Shown: one piece after another, positions 25,449 through 32,673 of the stretch
Numbering within the stretch: the first letter of the stretch is position 1
How the letters are laid out: the number at the start of each line of letters is the position of its first letter
Assembly (NCBI GenBank): GCA_963764165.1
Contig: CAVXRD010000002.1
Coordinates: forward strand, 64,001-128,000
Direction of reading: 5' to 3'
Length of the DNA stretch: 64,000 bases
Origin: an uncultured Verrucomicrobiae bacterium
GTDB lineage: Bacteria; Verrucomicrobiota; Verrucomicrobiia; Limisphaerales; Palsa-1400
The notes under the pieces: generated by a model
Database searches by the model: none
What the model was told of the DNA's origin: nothing
Seen by the model: only the letters and a program-made list of their open reading frames with translations
Translations under genes and position numbers: made by a program

Positions 25449-25463
25449 AATTGCAGTTGTTGG

Positions 25464-25889
25464 TTATTGAACTGTTGAGCCGTTTGCTGGCGTGTCGATT
25501 GTAACGGTGAGCGCGCCTGCTGCCGGATTGTTTGGGTCAGCCAGTTCGTAATCGGGAATTCCGCTGTAAAATTGTTCTATTTGCGCTTTGAAAAAACCCG
25601 CAGAGTAACCTTCTCCATTAACGTTGAAGTTGGTGATACCGTTCGTTCCTAGGGCAATCAATTGCCACGGATAATCAGGGTCCGCGAGGGAAGGAGTCCA
25701 ATACAGCTCGTAAGAATTGGTGGAGATTGCGTTCGTAATTACGACGACATATTGGTTTGTGCCGGCAGAATTAATGGCGAGTCCGGGCGGGGTCTGAGCA
25801 CAGAGTTTGAAAGCGAAACAAAGAAGAATGAATGCGGCTACGCTTGCACCGGCGAATGTTGCCCAATATTTTTGAAGGATTGTTTTCAT
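25464..25889 (-). CDS. Secreted partner protein upstream of the Rhs gene
   Basis: Signal peptide; YELYWTPSL...W...GFFKA resembles the FFRL-type domain; 15 bp from the Rhs start. Confidence 0.7.
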   Translation of the reverse strand: MKTILQKYWATFAGASVAAFILLCFAFKLCAQTPPGLAINSAGTNQYVVVITNAISTNSYELYWTPSLADPDYPWQLIALGTNGITNFNVNGEGYSAGFFKAQIEQFYSGIPDYELADPNNPAAGALTVTIDTPANGSTVQ

Positions 25890-26087
25890 TGGATTCCCTG
25901 AAGTTGGCTTATTGAGTAATCTATTTCTTTGCCGTTAAGTTGACGCTCTTTCCCCTAATTTGATCCGCTGCCCACCTGGTATTTTGTTGCGATTGCGTTG
26001 CCTTATAGAGCGTTTTCGCCGCCCTGCTGCCCGATACTTGACTATAGCAAAGTTCCTGTCAAGGCCGATGTTTTGCGAGGCTTCGTC

Positions 26088-26399
26088 ATGCCCGGCATCG
26101 GACATTACGAAACGATACGAAAGGAAATTATTCGACTTTTGCGCCTCGAACGCGAGCGTCGAGGGCTCTCTAATTACGTCGTGGCGCAACGTTCCGGGGT
26201 CTCTGAATCCATGTTGAGTTTGGTTGAGCGGGGACTTAGAAATCCAACGCTCGAATTGATGCTGCGTGTTGCGGACGGAATCGGAGTAAACTTGGCCTAT
26301 TTTATCGAAGAAGCCCAACAACCTGCTCACAGAGTCACTCCAAAAGGGCGCGTCAGAGGAAAACAACAAACCGCAAACAGCTCGCCTCCCAAAAAATGA
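26088..26399 (+). CDS. XRE-family HTH transcriptional regulator
   Basis: RERRGLSNYVVAQRSGVSESMLSLVERGLRNPTL. Confidence 0.85.
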   Translation: MPGIGHYETIRKEIIRLLRLERERRGLSNYVVAQRSGVSESMLSLVERGLRNPTLELMLRVADGIGVNLAYFIEEAQQPAHRVTPKGRVRGKQQTANSSPPKK

Positions 26400-26997
26400 G
26401 CCGTCCCCGAGAACAATGCGCTGAGTCAATGGGCTCGACACAGTGAAAGCTTTTCGTCGGAATGGCGGTCGCGAGCCTTGCGCCAGCCCGATATAAAAGC
26501 TCCGCGATAGCCCCAGCCGCAAGTCATCCTGCATGACACATTTTCCGTCCGATTCCTCATTCAAAAGATTCGCTAAATGCTTGCGACAACAGTTCTCGGC
26601 CAATACGTCAATTTGCGGAAACCACGCTCGCTTCGTCCCCGTGAGCCGTGCTGCGACACAGCGCCGATGCGCGTCATGCGAATGAACTTTTTTGGAGTTC
26701 AACATTTTTCGTTTGAAATTGGAAAATTCTTAGTTGCTCCAACATGAACACCATTCGCCTTTATTTGCGAGGAGATTTTCTGAATGAGAGCCCTTCGGAT
26801 TTCAGCCATTGCCCTTTCAGGTTTGCCCCTTTTTCTGTAAAAAGAAGGCATTTCAGCAGACTTTGAGTGACAGGATTGGTTGCAGTGGAGGATAGGGCCA
26901 TTTTCGCCCATTGGAGAAGGTTGCAATGCGACAGCCGGTCTTAAGTGCTGCATACTTGATACGTTAATCAGTTCATCAACCACCATGCAAGCGCAAA

Positions 26998-27032
26998 ATG
27001 CGGATTATAATCCGTGGACGCTAAATCCTCAC
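26998..27032 (+). promoter_or_regulatory. C-box-like operator upstream of a controller-type XRE gene
   Basis: ATGCGGATTATAATCCGTGGACGCTAAATCCTCAC: strong palindrome, central CGTG, weaker second site, 16 bp before the start codon. Confidence 0.6.
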
Positions 27033-27048
27033 TATTCAACACTGTCAA

Positions 27049-27279
27049 TTGTTGAAAAAGGATCCTTCGCTCAAAGCGTTTGGAGAGAAAGTCCGCCAAG
27101 TGCGAAAGGCACAAGGATTGTCTCAGGAGGGTCTTGCCTTTGAATCAGGAATAGATCGCAGCTACATGGGAGGTGTCGAACGGGGAGAACGAAATTTGTC
27201 CCTAAAAAAAATGTGTCGGATTGCCAAGGTACTGCATTGCGATTTGTCCACTTTAACCACGGGCTTGCCTCTCGACTGA
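27049..27279 (+). CDS. XRE-family regulator, R-M controller (C-protein)-like
   Basis: FGEKVRQVRKAQGLSQEGLAFESGIDRSYMGGVERGERNLSL. Confidence 0.9.
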   Translation: MLKKDPSLKAFGEKVRQVRKAQGLSQEGLAFESGIDRSYMGGVERGERNLSLKKMCRIAKVLHCDLSTLTTGLPLD

Positions 27280-27405
27280 AAAATCGAGCTGAAAAACAGA
27301 TTTTCTGACAGGGCGAATCGATTCGAGGAATTTGACCCTTTGTTTTTTTCTGCATTATCCTGTACCCTCCTGAACAAACGATGTAGAACAATTATCAAAC
27401 TTTAG

Positions 27406-27530
27406 CGTAACCTAGGTTACGGTCCCATCTAAAACCGCGAATTTTAATGTGCAAGACCGCAACCGGGCCGCCCCGAATCGGGCGCGGCTCGGCGTACTCT
27501 TGCACGGGCGCTTCGCGGTGCCTAGATGGG
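27406..27530. other. 16-bp perfect palindrome followed by a ~107-nt rod-like hairpin
   Basis: CGTAACCTAGGTTACG; nested stems CCCATCTA/TAGATGGG, ACCGCGAA/TTCGCGGT, GTGCAAGA/TCTTGCAC, CCGGGCCGC/GCGGCTCGG, CCCG/CGGG. Confidence 0.8.
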
Positions 27531-27588
27531 GGTGCGTTGAGTCCGCGCCTTTTCCGTTCCTGGATGTTCGTTAAGAAGAAAGAGAGAA

Positions 27589-28008
27589 ATGAACACCACC
27601 GAACCACGGGCGTTTACGCCGAACCACGAAATCAAAATTCTCCTCATTGATGATGACCCCGGAATGTTGAGGGTACTGAATTCCGTTCTTTCAATTGGAG
27701 GGTACAGCGTCGAATCGGCAAGTAACGGCAAGGAGGCGGTTCACTTGATCGAAACCCAGTCCTTTGACGCAATCGTTTCTGATGTCGATCTTCCTGACAT
27801 AGACGGGTTCGAGATTTGCAAGCTGGTTCGGCGGCACCCCCGTTACAAACTGACACCCATTATACTCATGTCGGGGCGATTGCCCGAGGAACAGCGACCG
27901 GAGGCAATTGAAGCGGGAGCCAATGATTTCTTGGGCAAGCCTTTTCCTGCGAAACGGCTTCTCGAAAAACTTTCGCTCGCTCTTGCAATCAAACCCCCCG
28001 CCTTATGA
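27589..28008 (+). CDS. Single-domain response regulator (receiver)
   Basis: ILLIDDD, IVSDVDLPDIDG, GANDFLGKPF. Confidence 0.9.
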   Translation: MNTTEPRAFTPNHEIKILLIDDDPGMLRVLNSVLSIGGYSVESASNGKEAVHLIETQSFDAIVSDVDLPDIDGFEICKLVRRHPRYKLTPIILMSGRLPEEQRPEAIEAGANDFLGKPFPAKRLLEKLSLALAIKPPAL

Positions 28009-28188
28009 AAATGGAAGAAATTGCGCGGCGGGTGGAAATGCAAAATGAAAAAGCTGAACAGGCCGCAAAATGGAATCGGTTGAGGGAGGAACTGTGGCAG
28101 CGCGTAAAGACAGCTATAGCCAAAGAAAAGTCCAAAGCACGGGATGCCGGGGACGGTGTCGAGCCCAAGAATAAAATGACACGATTGC

Positions 28189-29685
28189 TTAGGCTCCCAA
28201 CCCTGCCAACCAGCGGCGCTTGTACCACCGAGAAATCTTTCCATCGGCCTCCAGTGGCGGAAGGACCGTTTTTTTTAGTCCGCGTTCGCAATGCACCAGC
28301 ACGCATTGATGCTTTCTCAGGTTGCGCAATTCGTATGGTTTCATTTTGTGTTCGTCCTGGTCGTAATAATTGCGCGTGGTCGTTCCGTTGGAATAACCCC
28401 AACTGCGTTTGGTCACTTTTTTCTGCCCAAGAAAATCGGCGCTGTCCAAAGCTCCCGCTTCGTCGGCAGCTTTGAAAATGATTCTGTTGCGCAGATTCAG
28501 CGTGAAAACCTTGGCTTTGTCGGCCCCAAGTGGCGGGATGAACGAGGTCGCTGACTGAGCGGCCGCAACCATCGTGGCCCGAGCTTCCCGAATTACGTCG
28601 ATGGAATTGAAATCGCTCATGCCGTCTTCGCTGGCCGTCACAAACCGCTGCGCCTCGTCGGCCCACAGAATGAGCAGATTATCGTCGGCTCGCTCCTGTT
28701 TGGTGTGGTCAAATCGCCGCAGAACGTGCGTGTAAAAAAGCATTTTGAGATACGTATTCACGTAACGTCGCTCCATTTGATATTTCTGCGGCATCGAAAC
28801 GCAGATAATTTTCCCGTGGTCGATGTCTGAAAAGTCAAACGTGTTGCTTTTGCCGATGGGGCAGAACACCTCAGAAATGTCCGGGGCGGCGAAGCATTGA
28901 AGATAGTTGCCGATGGTTTCCCGAACACCACCGATTTGCTCGGGCGGCTGATTCTGATAACGATTGACAAAGTGATCCCGCAGTTCATTCCGCCTCTGGG
29001 TGCGATGGCTTTCAGCCAAAGTCTTCATGGCTTCGTCGAGATCATTCTTGTCGAGCAAGATGCTGAGGGCGTTTTCCAGCGTCACGTCACCCGCAATTTC
29101 GTAAAGCAGTTCCAGCGCAAAGGCGATGTGGGTTTGGGCCTGCGTTTTGAAAAACCCTTTGTCTCCCTGCTGGCCCAAGCTGCTGGCCGAATCGACCACA
29201 AATTTGGCGAACGTGCTGAACGGGATACCCGGCGCGGACGTGAGATTGTATTTATGCTTCGGCTTCCAGTCTGAACGAGCATTGTCCGGTCTGACTTGCA
29301 AGAGAATTAAATCCCGCTCTCGGTTGAAGTGTTTTGCCATCGCTTCCAGCGTTTCCCAATAAATGCCTTTGTCGTCGATGCACAGACCGCCCCAACGCGG
29401 CTCGTTCTTGAAAACTTGATAGAGCAACTGGTTGATGCCGGAACGAGTTTTCCCTGAACCCGTGTCGCCCGTAATCAGCCAACCTCGGCAGAAATCCTCT
29501 CGCGACCATGAAAGCCCATTAAGCCGAACAATTGCCTTGGTGCCATTTCCCCACAGGAGAACAAAACCAACTACCCCTGCCGCCAGCAACAAAGCCCAAT
29601 CCCATGAAGGGATATGCGCCAGACTCCGCCACAGCGCAGCCGCTTCGCTGGCCGTCCCCCTCAAGATGTGATTCAAAGCATTCAT
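28189..29685 (-). CDS. Type IV coupling protein (VirD4/TraG/TraD-like)
   Basis: N-terminal TM, Walker A GDTGSGKT, Walker B WADEAQ, AAQS. Confidence 0.88.
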   Translation of the reverse strand: MNALNHILRGTASEAAALWRSLAHIPSWDWALLLAAGVVGFVLLWGNGTKAIVRLNGLSWSREDFCRGWLITGDTGSGKTRSGINQLLYQVFKNEPRWGGLCIDDKGIYWETLEAMAKHFNRERDLILLQVRPDNARSDWKPKHKYNLTSAPGIPFSTFAKFVVDSASSLGQQGDKGFFKTQAQTHIAFALELLYEIAGDVTLENALSILLDKNDLDEAMKTLAESHRTQRRNELRDHFVNRYQNQPPEQIGGVRETIGNYLQCFAAPDISEVFCPIGKSNTFDFSDIDHGKIICVSMPQKYQMERRYVNTYLKMLFYTHVLRRFDHTKQERADDNLLILWADEAQRFVTASEDGMSDFNSIDVIREARATMVAAAQSATSFIPPLGADKAKVFTLNLRNRIIFKAADEAGALDSADFLGQKKVTKRSWGYSNGTTTRNYYDQDEHKMKPYELRNLRKHQCVLVHCERGLKKTVLPPLEADGKISRWYKRRWLAGLGA

Positions 29686-30047
29686 AAAAGAAACCGGCCC
29701 AGGACAAAGCCGGTAATCAGACAGGCCAGCGACGCGATCAAGATGGCAGTGACTTTGCCGTGGGCCAATTCCTCGCGGAATTTTGGAAAGGCGCGCAATT
29801 CCTCGGTGACGCTCCCGGTTTGCTTCGTCAATTCTTTGATGAGTCGGTCGGTTTGTTCCAAAGTGTCCCGAAACTCCGTGTATGAAGGCGGCGGCGGGTT
29901 GATAGGGCCATTGCCGTAGCGATGATTGAAGTAAATTTCCAGCAGCTCCAAGATGGCCGTCGTCGGGTCGTTCTCACGGATTTTGTGCTTCTGCTTCCAT
30001 TCCGCGATGGATTTTTGGAGCGAGATGGTGACTGCGGTTTCGTTCAT
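29682..30047 (-). CDS. TraM/StbC-like protein with C-terminal TM
   Basis: Third gene of a traK/L/M-like arrangement; ENDP motif; C-terminal hydrophobic helix. Confidence 0.55.
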   Translation of the reverse strand: MNETAVTISLQKSIAEWKQKHKIRENDPTTAILELLEIYFNHRYGNGPINPPPPSYTEFRDTLEQTDRLIKELTKQTGSVTEELRAFPKFREELAHGKVTAILIASLACLITGFVLGRFLL

Positions 30048-30739
30048 ACAAGAAGAAGTTCCTGGGCAGATTGAAGTTGTTCGTTAAAACGCCGTTGCCA
30101 GTTGAGCAGGCGTTGCCGGTCAATGATCGAGCATTTGTCGGACTGCCCACCCTGGCTGACGGTTAAATTCTCGGCGTTCAGCTTGGCCACCAGCCAACCG
30201 TATAGCGGGGGCATCATGATTTCCTTGGCCCGCAATTCGCCCACCACCTTTTTCCGCGTTTGGCTCTCGTCATAAAGTCGGAAGTCTTCGCACAGGCCGT
30301 AATTCTTGACCACGACATAGGCGCTTTGATCTGACAGCACCTCGGAAAGCAGTTGCACTTGCCCCACCGCGTCCGCGTCGTGAGAAATCGGGATGATGAC
30401 GGTGAGTGACGCTTTCAACTTTCCAAGCAGTTCGGCAAATCCGACTTCGCCGAAATAGGCCAGAAATTGATCGGTCGAGGCGGCGCGTCCATCCACCACT
30501 ACCAGTGGTTGAACATCCAGCGAAGTGAAAATGGCATCCATTTCCTGCTTCTTGTCCAAATTGACGAACACCGCTTCGGGATGCGCTCGTTTCAAGCTGG
30601 AATTGGCGTTATCCGTGTCGATGGCGACATGGGGTTGATTTTGGTCTTTCAGGAATTGCACGAGGTTGACGGCAAAGAAACTTTTGCCGACGCCTCCTTT
30701 GGCATTCAGGACCATGATGATTCGTTTTTTTGTGCTCAT
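30044..30739 (-). CDS. ParA/MinD-like ATPase (TraL/StbB type)
   Basis: Deviant Walker A AKGGVGKS, IDTD, VVVDG; start ATG 30739 overlaps the upstream stop. Confidence 0.8.
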   Translation of the reverse strand: MSTKKRIIMVLNAKGGVGKSFFAVNLVQFLKDQNQPHVAIDTDNANSSLKRAHPEAVFVNLDKKQEMDAIFTSLDVQPLVVVDGRAASTDQFLAYFGEVGFAELLGKLKASLTVIIPISHDADAVGQVQLLSEVLSDQSAYVVVKNYGLCEDFRLYDESQTRKKVVGELRAKEIMMPPLYGWLVAKLNAENLTVSQGGQSDKCSIIDRQRLLNWQRRFNEQLQSAQELLLV

Positions 30740-31107
30740 AAACTTTTGGGATCGACCACGCGCGGGCCGGTGGGTGCCTGGTAACGTCCTGTTCTGCGTT
30801 GGTCGGCCAGCGCCTTGGCGGCGGTCATGCCGTTGCTGGACGCACAGCGTACCTTTTGCTTTCGTTTGCTGCCGCGACTTTCCGGTTCGGCTAAAACGAG
30901 GTGGCAAAAGCGGGCCACGGTATCAGCCGAGACGGCCACGGCGGTTTGGGCCAAGTAGGTGCGAATGATTTCGTAGGACGCTCCCTTTTTTCGGGCTTCC
31001 GCAATCGAATCCCGGAATTCCAGCAGGAGCCGCAATTTGGCCGGTCGCAGCGATGGGTGCTGCTGAATCAAGTTTTCAAAAGCGTGGCGTGAATCGTTGG
31101 CGTCCAT
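30736..31107 (-). CDS. Small basic DNA-binding protein (TraK/StbA-like)
   Basis: FRDSIAEARKKGASYEIIRTYL...VSADTVARF HTH-like pattern; first gene downstream of the iteron array. Confidence 0.6.
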   Translation of the reverse strand: MDANDSRHAFENLIQQHPSLRPAKLRLLLEFRDSIAEARKKGASYEIIRTYLAQTAVAVSADTVARFCHLVLAEPESRGSKRKQKVRCASSNGMTAAKALADQRRTGRYQAPTGPRVVDPKSL

Positions 31108-31123
31108 AGATCAAACCTCGAAA

Positions 31124-31410
31124 TGTCGTTTGTTCTTGCGGCAGTCCTGCGGCAATCGTCGTCGAAGCATCGTTGGCCGCGGCGGGAGGTGTGCGGCAAG
31201 TTTCGTTGAAAAATCGTTGAGGTCTGCGGCAATCTTGCGACAAAGATCGTTGGAACTTGCGGCAGTCCTGCGGCTAAAGTCGGTGAATTTTGCGGCAATG
31301 CTGCGGCAAAGATCGTTGAAACCTGCGTCAATATTGCGGGACGGATTGTTGAAGTTTGCGGGAGACTTGCGGCAAAAATCGTCGAGACTTGCGGCGAGTT
31401 TCGTTGGCCA
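31124..31410. repeat. Degenerate 33-bp tandem array with 11-bp internal periodicity (TCGTTGA/TGCGGCA/TGCGGCA)
   Basis: Units start at 31211, 31244, 31277, 31310, 31343 and 31376, with degenerate copies to the left. Confidence 0.85.
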
Positions 31411-31504
31411 ACATCTAACGGACGTTAGAGGTCGGGCGTCCCTTCCTTTTTCATGGGCATACAGCGAATGCACGCCCACAGTTAAGCACAGTCCATTCTG
31501 TGCA

Positions 31505-31527
31505 GTTGTTCAGGCTTCTGAACAATC
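31505..31527. promoter_or_regulatory. Palindromic box 3 (GTTGTTCAGGCTTCTGAACAATC)
   Basis: Core 31507-31524 lies 21 bp from an extended -10 TGnTTAACT on the minus strand, facing the traK-like operon. Confidence 0.75.
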
Positions 31528-31869
31528 GGACTCCGAACTGAGGCAGCGCAATGCGCTCATTTCATCTGCGTCAGATTCACATTATCTGGCTTCAGGACCA
31601 CGGTCTTTTCGCGATGTCGCCACCCATTTTCAGCGATTTTCGATTGGTTTAACAAATGGGCGATCATCGGCTTTTTGTGCGATGCAGTCCTGCGAAAAAA
31701 CCCCATACGCAGCCTTGGGTGGGGAATAGCAAAAACCCCCAATTGGCTGAGGGCCAGAGCACAAAAAACTGCTTGTGCAGAGGTTGATCAACGGGCAAAC
31801 TCGCCACGCTGGCAAAAGGCTCGAAGGAGTCAGGCAATTAATGTAATTTATAATAGGACAATAGGACGT

Positions 31870-32673
31870 ATGAACAAATATGACCCGAGCGAACCGTGGT
31901 GCGATCTTCTTGAGAGCGCCACAGCGCCAGACCACATCGTCCAACTTTATCAGGATGAAAAATTCCTGAGTCGCGCCGTCTGCCGCTTCGCGGTTTCCGC
32001 GCTTGCTCACGGGGAGGGAGTGATCTTGGTGCCCACATCGTCGCACTGGAATGCATTGCGCCCGCGTCTTGAGGCCGAGGGCGTGAATACTGAAGCCGCA
32101 CAGAAGAGCGGTCAACTCACGGTTGTTGATGCCGATGGCCTTCTCCCGGAGTTTATGCGAGGTTCAATGCCCAATTCGCCGCTTTTCATGGGAGTCGCCG
32201 CTGAAACCGTGGCCAGGGCGCGTGGAGGAGACCGTTTTACGAAGGTTCGCTGGTGGGGTGAAATGGTCAATGTCCTCTGGGAACAAGGTAATGTGGCAGG
32301 AAGCATGAGCCTTGAAGACCAATTTCACCAACTGGCACGCGAGCAGGACATCGCGATCTTTTGCTCTTTCCTGATGGATAATTTCAATGGCGATGTACAT
32401 ACGCGCATGATTCCAAGGCTCGGACAGAACCACACGCACTTGATTCCAGTAGAGGACTACTCTCGTCTGGAGCGGGCCGTTACGGACGCCCTTCGCGAAA
32501 CGGTCGGCCCGCTTCAGGCTCAGGTCCTTGAAGGGCAAATTCTAAATGGCTTTAACGCACCTCTCAACGTGCCGCGACCCCAGGCGCTACTGATGGCGTT
32601 ACGCGAGGCGCTGCCGCAGGTCGCTCATGCTGTGCTTGAGCGAAGCCGGAGTTTATACGCCTCCACATCATGA
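31870..32673 (+). CDS. MEDS-domain sensor protein
   Basis: DHIVQLYQDE, VRWWGEMVNVLW, FCSF...HTHLIP. Confidence 0.85.
   Translation: MNKYDPSEPWCDLLESATAPDHIVQLYQDEKFLSRAVCRFAVSALAHGEGVILVPTSSHWNALRPRLEAEGVNTEAAQKSGQLTVVDADGLLPEFMRGSMPNSPLFMGVAAETVARARGGDRFTKVRWWGEMVNVLWEQGNVAGSMSLEDQFHQLAREQDIAIFCSFLMDNFNGDVHTRMIPRLGQNHTHLIPVEDYSRLERAVTDALRETVGPLQAQVLEGQILNGFNAPLNVPRPQALLMALREALPQVAHAVLERSRSLYASTS

Noticed and set aside
25935..26986. ORFs 25935-26705 and 26699-26986
   Set aside because: No motifs; the first is antisense to the XRE gene; likely non-coding or spurious
27359..27376. Fifth copy of the TGTTCAG-N4-CTGAACA box
   Set aside because: Only the right half (CTGAACA) is present, and there is no clear -10 at 20-21 bp
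28005..28475. 156-aa ORF coupled to the receiver gene
   Set aside because: Most of it overlaps the coupling protein antisense; only the first ~55 aa look protein-like, which is insufficient support
31124..31410. Possible CRISPR array
   Set aside because: Contiguous degenerate repeats without unique spacers, and no cas genes in the window
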